Origin: Eledone cirrhosa
Lineage: Eukaryota
Direction: 5' to 3'
Assembly: GCA_964016885.1 (NCBI GenBank)
Contig: OZ024741.1
Location: 248,186,001 to 248,250,000 of the forward strand
DNA: 64,000 nt
Part shown: positions 38,751 to 53,700 of the stretch, piece by piece
Position numbering within the stretch: position 1 is the stretch's first letter
Layout: every line of letters begins with the position of its first letter
The notes under the pieces: generated by a model
Databases searched by the model: none
Told to the model about the DNA's origin: nothing
What the model saw: the letters and a program-made list of their open reading frames with translations, nothing else
Position numbers and translations under genes: made by a program

Positions 38751-41700
38751 CCTTGATTTTTTTACAAATTATCTCCCCCTGATTTTTTTTTACCAATCTA
38801 CCCCTGATTTAAAAAAAAAAATTATCTCCCCTTCGCTGGCTGGAAATTATCTCCCCTTGGACGGCTGGAAATTATCTCCCCTTGATTTTTTTTACAAATT
38901 ATCTACCCCTGATTTTTTTACAAATTATCTCCCCCTGATTTTTTTTTACAAATTATCTCCCCCTGATTTTTTTTTTTTACAAATTATCTCCGCCTGATTT
39001 TTTTAAAATTATCTCCCCTTGGCTGGATGGAAATTATCTCCCCTTGGACGGCTGGAAATTATCTCCCCTTGGAAGGATGGAAATTATCTCCCCTTGGACG
39101 GCTGGAAATTATCTCCCCTTGCACGGCTGGAAATTATCTCCCCTTGGACGGCTAGAAATTACCTCTCCTTGGACGGCTGAAAATTATCTCCCCTTGGACG
39201 GCTGGAAATTATCTCCCCCTGATTTTTTTTACAAATTATCTCCCCTTGCACGGCTGGAAATTATCTCCCCTTGGACGGCTGGAAATTATCTGCCCTTGAT
39301 TTAGTTTTTACAAATTATCTCCCCCTGATTTTTTTTACAAATTATCTCCACCTGATATTTTAAAAAATTATCTCCCCTTGGACGGCTGGAAATTATCTCC
39401 CCTTGGCTGGAAATTATCTCCCCTTGGACGGCTAGAAATTATCTCTCTTTGGACGGCTGGAAATTATCTCCCCTTGATTCTTTTTACAAATTATCTCCCC
39501 CTGATTTTTTTTACAAATCTACCATTGATTTTTTAAAAAAAATTATCTCCCCTTCGCTGGCTGGAAATTATCTCCCCTTGGACGCTGGAAATTATAGCCC
39601 CTTGGAGGCTGGAAATTATCTTCCCTTGGACGGCTGGAAATTATCTCCCCTTGATTTTTTTTACAAATTATCTCCCCCTGATGTTTTTTTACAAATCTCC
39701 ACCTAATTAAAAAAAAAAATTATCTCCCCTTCGCTGGCTGGAAATTATCTTCCTTTGGACGGCTGGAAATTATAGCCGCTTGTAGGGCTGAAAATTATCT
39801 CCCCTTGGACGGCTGGAAATTATCTCCCCTTGATTTTTTTTACTAAGTATCTCACCCTGATTTTTTTTTACAAATTATCTCCGCCTGATTTTTAAAAAAA
39901 AATTATCTCCCCTTGGCTGGATGGAAATTATCTCCCCTTGGACGGCTGGAAATTATCTCCCCTTGATTTCTTCTACAAATTATCTACCCCTGATTTTTTT
40001 TTCACAAATTATCTCTCCCTGATTTTTTTTTACAAATATCTCCCCTTGGCTGGCTGGAAATTAACTCCCGCTGATATTTTTTTACAAATTAGCTCCCCCT
40101 GATTTTTTTTTTCAAATTATCTCCCCCTGATTTTTTTCACAAATTATCTCCCCCTGATTTTTTTTACAAATTATCTCCCCTGATTTTAAAAAAAAAATTA
40201 TCTCCCCTTGGACGGCTGGAAATTATCGCCCCCTGATTTTTTTTAACAAATTATCACCACCTGATTTTTTTTACAAATCATCTCCGCCTGATTTTTTTAA
40301 AATATTATCTCCCTTGGCTTGCTGGAAATTATCTCCCCTTGGACGGCTATAAATTATCTCTCCTTCGACGGCTGGAAATTATCTCCCCTTGATTTTTTTA
40401 CAAATTATCTCCCCCTGATTTTTTTTTACCAATCTACCCCTGATTTAAAAAAAAAAATTATCTCCCCTTCGCTGGCTGGAAATTATCTCCCCTTGGACGG
40501 CTGGAAATTATCTCCCCTTGATTTTTTTTACAAATTATCTACCCCTGATTTTTTTACAAATTATCTCCCCCTGATTTTTTTTTACAAATTATCTCCCCCT
40601 GATTTTTTTTTTTTACAAATTATCTCCGCCTGATTTTTTTAAAATTATCTCCCCTTGGCTGGATGGAAATTATCTCCCCTTGGACGGCTGGAAATTATCT
40701 CCCCTTGGAAGGATGGAAATTATCTCCCCTTGGACGGCTGGAAATTATCTCCCCTTGCACGGCTGGAAATTATCTCCCCTTGGACGGCTAGAAATTACCT
40801 CTCCTTGGACGGCTGAAAATTATCTCCCCTTGGACGGCTGGAAATTATCTCCCCCTGATTTTTTTTACAAATTATCTCCCCTTGCACGGCTGGAAATTAT
40901 CTCCCCTTGGACGGCTGGAAATTATCTGCCCTTGATTTAGTTTTTACAAATTATCTCCCCCTGATTTTTTTTACAAATTATCTCCACCTGATATTTTAAA
41001 AAATTATCTCCCCTTGGACGGCTGGAAATTATCTCCCCTTGGCTGGAAATTATCTCCCCTTGGACGGCTAGAAATTATCTCTCTTTGGACGGCTGGAAAT
41101 TATCTCCCCTTGATTCTTTTTACAAATTATCTCCCCCTGATTTTTTTTACAAATCTACCATTGATTTTTTAAAAAAAATTATCTCCCCTTCGCTGGCTGG
41201 AAATTATCTCCCCTTGGACGCTGGAAATTATAGCCCCTTGGAGGCTGGAAATTATCTTCCCTTGGACGGCTGGAAATTATCTCCCCTTGATTTTTTTTAC
41301 AAATTATCTCCCCCTGATTTTTTTTTTACAAATTATATCCGCCTGAATTTTTTTAAAAAATGATCTCCCCTTGGACGGCTGGAAATTATCTCCCCTTGGA
41401 CGGCTGGAAATGATCTCCCCTTGGACGGCTAGAAATTACCTCTCCTTGGACGGCTGAAAATTATCTCCCCTTGATTTTTTTTACAAATTATCTCCCCCTG
41501 ATTTGTTTTTTTACAAATTATCTCCCCCTGATTTTATTTTACATATTATCTACCCCTGATTTTTTTTTACAAATTATCTCCCTGACTTTTTTACAAATTA
41601 TCTCCCCCTGATTTTTTTTTTACAAATTATCTCCCCCTGATTTATTTTACAAATTATCTCCGCCTGATTTTTTTAAATATTATCTTCCCTTGGAAATAAT

Positions 41701-44700
41701 CTCCCCTTGGACGGCTGGAAATTATCTCCCCTTGGAAGGATGGAAATTATCTCCCCTTGGACGGCTGGAAATTATCTCCCCTTGCACGGCTGGAAATTAT
41801 CTCCCCTTGGACGGCTAGAAATTATCTCTCTTTGGACGGCTGGAAATTATCTCCCCTTGATTTTTTTTACAAATTATCTCCCCCTGATTTTTTTTACAAA
41901 TCTCCCAGTGATTTTTTAAAAAAAATTATCTCCCTTTCGCTGGCTGGAAATTATAGCCCCTTGGAGGGCTGGAAATTATCTTCCCTTGGACGGCAAGAAA
42001 TTATCTCCCCTTGATTTTTTTACATATTATCTCCCCCTGATTTTTTTTTACAAATTATCTCCCCCTGATTTTTTTTTTACAAATTATCTCCGCCTGATTT
42101 TTTAAAAAAAATTATCTCCCCTTGGACGGCTGGAAATTATCTCCCCTTGGACGGCTGGAAATTATCTCCCCTTGGACGGCTAGAAATTACCTCTCCTTGG
42201 ACGGCTGAAAATTATCTCCCCTTGGACGCTGGAAATTATAGCCCCTTGGAGGCTGGAAATTATCTTCCCTTGGACGGCTGGAAATTATCTCCCCTTGATT
42301 TTTTTTACAAATTATCTCCCCCTGATTTTTTTTTACAAATTATCTCCCCCTGATTTTTTTTTTACAAATTATATCCGCCTGATTTTTTTTTAAAAATGAT
42401 CTCCCCTTGGACGGCTGGAAATGATCTCCCCTTAATTTTTTTTACAAATTATCTCCCCCTGATTTTTTTTTTTACAAATTATCTCCCCCTGATTTTATTT
42501 TACATATTATCTACCCCTGATTTTTTTTCACAAATTATCTCCCTGACTTTTTTACAAATTATCTCCCCCTGATTTTTTTTTTACAAATTATCTCCCCCTG
42601 ATTTATTTTACAAATTATCTCCGCCTGATTTTTTTAAATATTATCTTCCCTTGGAAATAATCTCCCCTTGGACGGCTGGAAATTATCTCCCCTTGGAAGG
42701 ATGGAAATTATCTCCCCTTGGACGGCTGGAAATTATCTCCCCTTGCACGGCTGGAAATTATCTCCCCTTGGACGGCTAGAAATTATCTCTCTTTGGACGG
42801 CTGGAAATTATCTCCCCTTGATTTTTTTTACAAATTATCTCCCCCTGATTTTTTTTACAAATCTCCCAGTGATTTTTAAAAAAAAATTATCTCCCTTTCG
42901 CTGGCTGGAAATTATCTCCCCTTGGACGCTGGAAATTATAGCCCCTTGGAGGGCTGGAAATTATCTTCCCTTGGACGGCTGGAAATTATCTCCCCTTGAT
43001 TTTTTTACATATTATCTCCACCTGATTTTTTTTTACAAATTATCTCCCCGATTTTTTTTTACAAATTATCTCCCCCTGATTTTTTTTTTACAAATTATCT
43101 CCGCCTGATTTTTTTAAAAAAATTATCTCCCCTTGGACGGCTGGAAATTATCTCCCCTTGGACGGCTGGAAATTATCTCCCCTTGGACGGCTAGAAATTA
43201 CCTCTCCTTGGACGGCTGAAAATTATCTCCCCTTGGACGGCTGGAAAATATTTCCCCTTGATTTTTTTACAAATTATCTCCCCCTGATTTTTTTTACAAA
43301 TTATCTCCCCCTGATTTTTTTTTTACAAATTATCTCCCCCTGATTTTTTTTTACAAATTATCTCCCCCTGATTTTTTTACAAATAATCTCCCCTTGGCTG
43401 GCTGGAAATTATCTCCCCTTGGAGGCTGGAATTTATCTCCCCTTGGACGGCTGGAAATTATCTCCCCTTGGACGGCTAGAAATTACCTCTCCTTGGACGG
43501 CTGGAAATTATCTTCCCTTGAACGGCTGGAAATTATCTCCCCTTGGACGGCTGGAAATGATCTCCCCTTGGACGGCTGGAAATTATCTCCCCTTGGAAGG
43601 ATGGAAATTATCTCCCCTTGGACGGCTGGAAATTATCTCCCCTTGCACGGCTGGAAATTATCTCCCCTTGGACGGCTAGAAATTATCTCTCTTTGGACGG
43701 CTGGAAATTATCTCCCCTTGATTTTTTTTACAAATTATCTCCCCCTGATTTTTTTTACAAATCTCCCAGTGATTTTTAAAAAAAAATTATCTCCCTTTCG
43801 CTGGCTGGAAATTATAGCCCCTTGGAGGGCTGGAAATTATCTTCCCTTGGACGGCAAGAAATTATCTCCCCTTGATTTTTTTACATATTATCTCCCCCTG
43901 ATTTTTTTTTATAAATTATCTCCCCCTGATTTTTTTTTTACAAATTATCTCCGCCTGATTTTTTTAAAAAAATTATCTCCCCTTGGACGGCTGGAAATTA
44001 TCTCCCCTTGGACGGCTGGAAATTATCTCCCCTTGGACGGCTAGAAATTACCTCTCCTTGGACGGCTGAAAATTATCTCCCCTTGGACGCTGGAAATTAT
44101 AGCCCCTTGGAGGCTGGAAATTATCTTCCCTTGGACGGCTGGAAATTATCTCCCCTTGATTTTTTTTACAAATTATCTCCCCCTGATTTTTTTTTACAAA
44201 TTATCTCCCCCTGATTTTTTTTTTCAAATTATCTCCCCCTGATTTTTTTCACAAATTATCTCCCCCTGATTTTTTTTACAAATTATCTCCCCTGATTTTA
44301 AAAAAAAAATTATCTCCCCTTGGACGGCTGGAAATTATCGCCCCCTGATTTTTTTTAACAAATTATCACCACCTGATTTTTTTTACAAATCATCTCCGCC
44401 TGATTTTTTTAAAATATTATCTCCCTTGGCTTGCTGGAAATTATCTCCCCTTGGACGGCTATAAATTATCTCTCCTTCGACGGCTGGAAATTATCTCCCC
44501 TTGATTTTTTTACAAATTATCTCCCCCTGATTTTTTTTTACCAATCTACCCCTGATTTAAAAAAAAAAATTATCTCCCCTTCGCTGGCTGGAAATTATCT
44601 CCCCTTGGACGGCTGGAAATTATCTCCCCTTGATTTTTTTTACAAATTATCTACCCCTGATTTTTTTACAAATTATCTCCCCCTGATTTTTTTTTACAAA

Positions 44701-47700
44701 TTATCTCCCCCTGATTTTTTTTTTTTACAAATTATCTCCGCCTGATTTTTTTAAAATTATCTCCCCTTGGCTGGATGGAAATTATCTCCCCTTGGACGGC
44801 TGGAAATTATCTCCCCTTGGAAGGATGGAAATTATCTCCCCTTGGACGGCTGGAAATTATCTCCCCTTGCACGGCTGGAAATTATCTCCCCTTGGACGGC
44901 TAGAAATTACCTCTCCTTGGACGGCTGAAAATTATCTCCCCTTGGACGGCTGGAAATTATCTCCCCCTGATTTTTTTTACAAATTATCTCCCCTTGCACG
45001 GCTGGAAATTATCTCCCCTTGGACGGCTGGAAATTATCTGCCCTTGATTTAGTTTTTACAAATTATCTCCCCCTGATTTTTTTTACAAATTATCTCCACC
45101 TGATATTTTAAAAAATTATCTCCCCTTGGACGGCTGGAAATTATCTCCCCTTGGCTGGAAATTATCTCCCCTTGGACGGCTAGAAATTATCTCTCTTTGG
45201 ACGGCTGGAAATTATCTCCCCTTGATTCTTTTTACAAATTATCTCCCCCTGATTTTTTTTACAAATCTACCATTGATTTTTTAAAAAAAATTATCTCCCC
45301 TTCGCTGGCTGGAAATTATCTCCCCTTGGACGCTGGAAATTATAGCCCCTTGGAGGCTGGAAATTATCTTCCCTTGGACGGCTGGAAATTATCTCCCCTT
45401 GATTTTTTTTACAAATTATCTCCCCCTGATTTTTTTTTTACAAATTATATCCGCCTGAATTTTTTTAAAAAATGATCTCCCCTTGGACGGCTGGAAATTA
45501 TCTCCCCTTGGACGGCTGGAAATGATCTCCCCTTGGACGGCTAGAAATTACCTCTCCTTGGACGGCTGAAAATTATCTCCCCTTGATTTTTTTTACAAAT
45601 TATCTCCCCCTGATTTGTTTTTTTACAAATTATCTCCCCCTGATTTTATTTTACATATTATCTACCCCTGATTTTTTTTTACAAATTATCTCCCTGACTT
45701 TTTTACAAATTATCTCCCCCTGATTTTTTTTTTACAAATTATCTCCCCCTGATTTATTTTACAAATTATCTCCGCCTGATTTTTTTAAATATTATCTTCC
45801 CTTGGAAATAATCTCCCCTTGGACGGCTGGAAATTATCTCCCCTTGGAAGGATGGAAATTATCTCCCCTTGGACGGCTGGAAATTATCTCCCCTTGCACG
45901 GCTGGAAATTATCTCCCCTTGGACGGCTAGAAATTATCTCTCTTTGGACGGCTGGAAATTATCTCCCCTTGATTTTTTTTACAAATTATCTCCCCCTGAT
46001 TTTTTTTACAAATCTCCCAGTGATTTTTTAAAAAAAATTATCTCCCTTTCGCTGGCTGGAAATTATCTCCCCTTGGACGCTGGAAATTATAGCCCCTTGG
46101 AGGGCTGGAAATTATCTTCCCTTGGACGGCTGGAAATTATCTCCCCTTGATTTTTTTACATATTATCTCCACCTGATTTTTTTTTACAAATTATCTCCCC
46201 GATTTTTTTTTACAAATTATCTCCCCCTGATTTTTTTTTTACAAATTATCTCCGCCTGATTTTTTTAAAAAAATTATCTCCCCTTGGACGGCTGGAAATT
46301 ATCTCCCCTTGGACGGCTGGAAATTATCTCCCCTTGGACGGCTAGAAATTACCTCTCCTTGGACGGCTGAAAATTATCTCCCCTTGGACGGCTGGAAAAT
46401 ATTTCCCCTTGATTTTTTTACAAATTATCTCCCCCTGATTTTTTTTACAAATTATCTCCCCCTGATTTTTTTTTTACAAATTATCTCCCCCTGATTTTTT
46501 TTTACAAATTATCTCCCCCTGATTTTTTTACAAATAATCTCCCCTTGGCTGGCTGGAAATTATCTCCCCTTGGAGGCTGGAATTTATCTCCCCTTGGACG
46601 GCTGGAAATTATCTCCCCTTGGACGGCTAGAAATTACCTCTCCTTGGACGGCTGGAAATTATCTTCCCTTGAACGGCTGGAAATTATCTCCCCTTGGACG
46701 GCTGGAAATGATCTCCCCTTGGACGGCTGGAAATTATCTCCCCTTGGAAGGATGGAAATTATCTCCCCTTGGACGGCTGGAAATTATCTCCCCTTGCACG
46801 GCTGGAAATTATCTCCCCTTGGACGGCTAGAAATTATCTCTCTTTGGACGGCTGGAAATTATCTCCCCTTGATTTTTTTTACAAATTATCTCCCCCTGAT
46901 TTTTTTTACAAATCTCCCAGTGATTTTTAAAAAAAAATTATCTCCCTTTCGCTGGCTGGAAATTATAGCCCCTTGGAGGGCTGGAAATTATCTTCCCTTG
47001 GACGGCAAGAAATTATCTCCCCTTGATTTTTTTACATATTATCTCCCCCTGATTTTTTTTTATAAATTATCTCCCCCTGATTTTTTTTTTACAAATTATC
47101 TCCGCCTGATTTTTTTAAAAAAATTATCTCCCCTTGGACGGCTGGAAATTATCTCCCCTTGGACGGCTGGAAATTATCTCCCCTTGGACGGCTAGAAATT
47201 ACCTCTCCTTGGACGGCTGAAAATTATCTCCCCTTGGACGCTGGAAATTATAGCCCCTTGGAGGCTGGAAATTATCTTCCCTTGGACGGCTGGAAATTAT
47301 CTCCCCTTGATTTTTTTTACAAATTATCTCCCCCTGATTTTTTTTTACAAATTATCTCCCCCTGATTTTTTTTTTACAAATTATATCCGCCTGATTTTTT
47401 TTTAAAAATGATCTCCCCTTGGACGGCTGGAAATTATCTCCCCTTGGACGGCTGGAAATGATCTCCCCTTGGACGGCAAGAAATTACCTCTCCTTGGACG
47501 GCTGAAAATTATCTCCCCTTAATTTTTTTTACAAATTATCTCCCCCTGATTTTTTTTTTTACAAATTATCTCCCCCTGATTTTATTTTACATATTATCTA
47601 CCCCTGATTTTTTTTCACAAATTATCTCCCTGACTTTTTTACAAATTATCTCCCCCTGATTTTTTTTTTACAAATTATCTCCCCCTGATTTATTTTACAA

Positions 47701-50700
47701 ATTATCTCCGCCTGATTTTTTTAAATATTATCTTCCCTTGGAAATAATCTCCCCTTGGACGGCTGGAAATTATCTCCCCTTGGAAGGTTGGAAATTATCT
47801 CCCCTTGGACGGCTGGAAATTATCTCCCCTTGCACGGCTGGAAATTATCTCCCCTTGGACGGCTAGAAATTATCTCTCTTTGGAGGCTGGAAATTATCTC
47901 CCCTTGATTTTTTTTACAAATTATCTCCCCCTGATTTTTTTTACAAATCTCCAAGTGATTTTTAAAAAAAAATTATCTCCCTTTCGCTGGCTGGAAATTA
48001 TCTCCCCTTGGACGCTGGAAATTATAGCCCCTTGGAGGGCTGGAAATTATCTTCCCTTGGACGGCTGGAAATTATCTCCCCTTGATTTTTTTACATATTA
48101 TCTCCACCTGATTTTTTTTTACAAATTATCTCCCCGATTTTTTTTTACAAATTATCTCCCCCTGATTTTTTTTTTACAAATTATCTCCGCCTGATTTTTT
48201 TAAAAAAATTATCTCCCCTTGGACCGCTGGAAATTATCTCCCCTTGGACGGCTGGAAATTATCTCCCCTTGGACGGCTAGAAATTACCTCTCCTTGGACG
48301 GCTGAAAATTATCTCCCCTTGGACGGCTGGAAAATATTTCCCCTTGATTTTTTTACAAATTATCTCCCCCTGATTTTTTTTACAAATTATCTCCCCCTGA
48401 TTTTTTTTTTACAAATTATCTCCCCCTGATTTTTTTTTACAAATTATCTCCCCCTGATTTTTTTACAAATTATCTCCCCTTGGCTGGCTGGAAATTATCT
48501 CCCCTTGGAGGCTGGAATTTATCTCCCCTTGGACGGCTGGAAATTATCTCCCCTTGGACGGCTAGAAATTACCTCTCCTTGGACGGCTGGAAATTATCTT
48601 CCCTTGAACGGCTGGAAATTATCTCCCCTTGGACGGCTGGAAATGATCTCCCCTTGGACGGCTGGAAATTATCTCCCCTTGGACGGCTAGAAATTACCTC
48701 TCCTTCGACGGCTGGAAATTATCTCCCCTTGGACGGCTGGAAATTATCTCCCCTTGGACGGCTGGAAATTATTTCCCCTTGATTTTTTTTACAAATTATC
48801 TCCCCCTGATTTTTTTTACAAATCTCCCCCTAATTTAAAAAAAAATTATCTCCCCTTCGCTGGCTGGAAATTATCTCCCTTTGGACGGCTGGAAATTATA
48901 GCTGCTTGTAGGGCTGGAAATTATCTCCTCTTGGACGGCTGGAAATTATCTCCCCTTGATTTTTTTTACTAATTATCTCCCCCTGATTTTTTTTTACAAA
49001 TTATCTCCGCCTGATTTTTTAAAAAAAATTATCTCCCCTTGGCTGGATGGAAATTTTCTCCCCTTGGACGGCTGGAAATTATCTCCCCTTTATGTCTTCT
49101 ACAAATTATCTTCCCCTGATTTTTTTTTTACAAACTATCTCTGCCTGATTTTTTTTACAAATATCTCCCCTTGGCTGGCTGGAAATTATCTCCCCTTGGC
49201 TGGCTGGAAATTATCTCCCCTTGGGCGGCTGGAAATTATCTCCCCTTGGACGCCTAGAAATTACCTCTACTTGGACAGCTGTAAATTATCTCCCCTTGGA
49301 CGGCTGGAAATTATCTCGACTTGGACGGCTGGAAATTATCTCCCCTTGATTTTGTATACAAATTATCTCCCCCTGATATTTTTTTACAAATTATCTGCCC
49401 CTGATTATTTTTTTACAAATTAGCTCCGCCTGATTTTTTTTAAAAATTATCTCCCCTTGGACGGCTGGAAATTATCTCCCCTTGGACGGCTGGAAATTAT
49501 CTCCCCTTGAACGGCTAGAAATTACCTCTCCTTGGACGGCTGAAAATTATCTCCCCTTGGACGGCTGGAAATTATCTCACCTTGATTTTTTACAAATTAT
49601 CTCCCCCTGATTTTTTTTACAAATTATCTCCCCCTGATTTTTTTTACAAATTATCTACCCCTGATTTTTTTTACAAATCTCCCAGTGATTTTTAAAAAAA
49701 AATTATCTCCCCTTCGCTGGCTGGAAATTATCTCCCCTTGGACGCTGGAAATTATAGCCCCTTGGAGGGCTGGAAGTTATCTTTCCCTGGAGGGCTGGAA
49801 ATTATCTTCCCTTGGACGGCTGGAAATTATCTCCCCTTGATTTTTTTTACAAATTATCTCCCACTGATTTTTTTTTACAAATTATCTCCCCCTGATTTTT
49901 TTTTACAAATTATCTCCGCCTGATTTTTTTTAAAAATTATCTCCCCTTGGACGGCTGGAAATTATCTCCCCTTGGACGGCTGGAAATTATCTCCCCTTGA
50001 ACGGCTAGAAATTACCTCTCCTTGGACGGCTGGAAATTATCTCCCCTTGGACGGCTAGAAATTACCTCTCCTTGGACGGCTGAAAATTATCTTCCCTTGG
50101 ACGGCTGGAAATTATCTCCCCTTGGAAGGATGGAAATTATCTCCCCTTGGACGGCTGGAAATTATCTCCCCTTGCACGGCTGGAAATTATCTCCCCTTGG
50201 ACGGCTAGAAATTATCTCTCTTTGGACGGCTGGAAATTATCTCCCCTTGATTTTTTTTACAAATTATCTCCCCCTGATTTTTTTTACAAATCTCCCAGTG
50301 ATTTTTTAAAAAAAATTATCTGCCTTTCGCTGGCTGGAAATTATAGCCCCTTGGAGGGCTGGAAATTATCTTCCCTTGGACGGCTGGAAATTATCTCCCC
50401 TTGATTTTTTTACATATTATCTCCCCCTGATTTTTTTTTACAAATTATCTCCCCCTGATTTTTTTTTTACAAATTATCTCCGCCTGATTTTTTTAAAAAA
50501 ATTATCTCCCCTTGGACGGCTGGAAATTATCTCCCCTTGGACGGCTAGAAATTACCTCTCCTTGGACGGCTGAAAATTATCTCCCCTTGGACGGCTGGAA
50601 AATATCTCCCCTTGATTTTTTTACAAATTATCTCCCCCTGATTTTTTTTTACAAATTATCTCCCCCTGATTTTTTTTTACAAATTATCTCCCCCTGATTT

Positions 50701-53700
50701 TTTTTACAAATTAGATCCCCTTGGCTGGCTGGAAATTATCTCCCCTTGGAGGCTGGAATTTATCTCCCCTTGGACGGCTAGAAATTACCTCTCCTTGGAC
50801 GGCTGGAAATTATGTCTCCTTGGACGGCTGGAAATTATCTCCCCTTGGACGGCTGGAAATTATCTCCCCTTGGACGGCTGGAAATTATCTCCCCTTGGAC
50901 GGCTAGATATTACCTCTGCTTGGACGGCTGGAAATTATCTGCCCTTGGACGGCTGGAAATTATCTCCCCTTGGACGGCTGGAAATTATTTCCCCTTGATT
51001 TTTTTTACAAATTATCTCCCCCTGATTTTTTTTTACAAATCTCCACCTAATTAAAAAAAAAAATTATCTCCCCTTCGCTGGCTGGAAATTATCTTCCTTT
51101 GGACGGCTGGAAATTATAGCCGCTTGTAGGGCTGAAAATTATCTCCCCTTGGACGGCTGGAAATTATCTCCCCTTGATTTTTTTTACTAAGTATCTCACC
51201 CTGATTTTTTTTTACAAATTATCTCCGCCTGATTTTTAAAAAAAAATTATCTCCCCTTGGCTGGATGGAAATTATCTCCCCTTGGACGGCTGGAAATTAT
51301 CTCCCCTTGATTTCTTCTACAAATTATCTACCCCTGATTTTTTTTTCACAAATTATCTCTCCCTGATTTTTTTTTACAAATATCTCCCCTTGGCTGGCTG
51401 GAAATTAACTCCCGCTGATATTTTTTTACAAATTAGCTCCCCCTGATTTTTTTTTTCAAATTATCTCCCCCTGATTTTTTTCACAAATTATCTCCCCCTG
51501 ATTTTTTTTACAAATTATCTCCCCTGATTTTAAAAAAAAAATTATCTCCCCTTGGACGGCTGGAAATTATCGCCCCCTGATTTTTTTTAACAAATTATCA
51601 CCACCTGATTTTTTTTACAAATCATCTCCGCCTGATTTTTTTAAAATATTATCTCCCTTGGCTTGCTGGAAATTATCTCCCCTTGGACGGCTATAAATTA
51701 TCTCTCCTTCGACGGCTGGAAATTATCTCCCCTTGATTTTTTTACAAATTATCTCCCCCTGATTTTTTTTTACCAATCTACCCCTGATTTAAAAAAAAAA
51801 ATTATCTCCCCTTCGCTGGCTGGAAATTATCTCCCCTTGGACGGCTGGAAATTATCTCCCCTTGATTTTTTTTACAAATTATCTACCCCTGATTTTTTTA
51901 CAAATTATCTCCCCCTGATTTTTTTTTACAAATTATCTCCCCCTGATTTTTTTTTTTTACAAATTATCTCCGCCTGATTTTTTTAAAATTATCTCCCCTT
52001 GGCTGGATGGAAATTATCTCCCCTTGGACGGCTGGAAATTATCTCCCCTTGGAAGGATGGAAATTATCTCCCCTTGGACGGCTGGAAATTATCTCCCCTT
52101 GCACGGCTGGAAATTATCTCCCCTTGGACGGCTAGAAATTACCTCTCCTTGGACGGCTGAAAATTATCTCCCCTTGGACGGCTGGAAATTATCTCCCCCT
52201 GATTTTTTTTACAAATTATCTCCCCTTGCACGGCTGGAAATTATCTCCCCTTGGACGGCTGGAAATTATCTGCCCTTGATTTAGTTTTTACAAATTATCT
52301 CCCCCTGATTTTTTTTACAAATTATCTCCACCTGATATTTTAAAAAATTATCTCCCCTTGGACGGCTGGAAATTATCTCCCCTTGGCTGGAAATTATCTC
52401 CCCTTGGACGGCTAGAAATTATCTCTCTTTGGACGGCTGGAAATTATCTCCCCTTGATTCTTTTTACAAATTATCTCCCCCTGATTTTTTTTACAAATCT
52501 ACCATTGATTTTTTAAAAAAAATTATCTCCCCTTCGCTGGCTGGAAATTATCTCCCCTTGGACGCTGGAAATTATAGCCCCTTGGAGGCTGGAAATTATC
52601 TTCCCTTGGACGGCTGGAAATTATCTCCCCTTGATTTTTTTTACAAATTATCTCCCCCTGATTTTTTTTTACAAATCTCCACCTAATTAAAAAAAAAAAT
52701 TATCTCCCCTTCGCTGGCTGGAAATTATCTTCCTTTGGACGGCTGGAAATTATAGCCGCTTGTAGGGCTGAAAATTATCTCCCCTTGGACGGCTGGAAAT
52801 TATCTCCCCTTGATTTTTTTTACTAAGTATCTCACCCTGATTTTTTTTTACAAATTATCTCCGCCTGATTTTTAAAAAAAAATTATCTCCCCTTGGCTGG
52901 ATGGAAATTATCTCCCCTTGGACGGCTGGAAATTATCTCCCCTTGATTTCTTCTACAAATTATCTACCCCTGATTTTTTTTTCACAAATTATCTCTCCCT
53001 GATTTTTTTTTACAAATATCTCCCCTTGGCTGGCTGGAAATTAACTCCCGCTGATATTTTTTTACAAATTAGCTCCCCCTGATTTTTTTTTTCAAATTAT
53101 CTCCCCCTGATTTTTTTCACAAATTATCTCCCCCTGATTTTTTTTACAAATTATCTCCCCTGATTTTAAAAAAAAAATTATCTCCCCTTGGACGGCTGGA
53201 AATTATCGCCCCCTGATTTTTTTTAACAAATTATCACCACCTGATTTTTTTTACAAATCATCTCCGCCTGATTTTTTTAAAATATTATCTCCCTTGGCTT
53301 GCTGGAAATTATCTCCCCTTGGACGGCTATAAATTATCTCTCCTTCGACGGCTGGAAATTATCTCCCCTTGATTTTTTTACAAATTATCTCCCCCTGATT
53401 TTTTTTTACCAATCTACCCCTGATTTAAAAAAAAAAATTATCTCCCCTTCGCTGGCTGGAAATTATCTCCCCTTGGACGGCTGGAAATTATCTCCCCTTG
53501 ATTTTTTTTACAAATTATCTACCCCTGATTTTTTTACAAATTATCTCCCCCTGATTTTTTTTTACAAATTATCTCCCCCTGATTTTTTTTTTTTACAAAT
53601 TATCTCCGCCTGATTTTTTTAAAATTATCTCCCCTTGGCTGGATGGAAATTATCTCCCCTTGGACGGCTGGAAATTATCTCCCCTTGGAAGGATGGAAAT

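Larger units (their letters stand above)
29730..50124 (+). repeat. 9,011-bp tandem duplication (29730-38740, copied from 38740), whose second copy is secondarily rearranged (+4,112 duplication, -961 deletion)
   Basis: Offset 9,011 for ORFs 30033 through 34997, offset 4,112 for 40319-41757 vs 44431-45869, and offset 12,162 for 34147-37576 vs 46309-49738. Confidence 0.9.
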
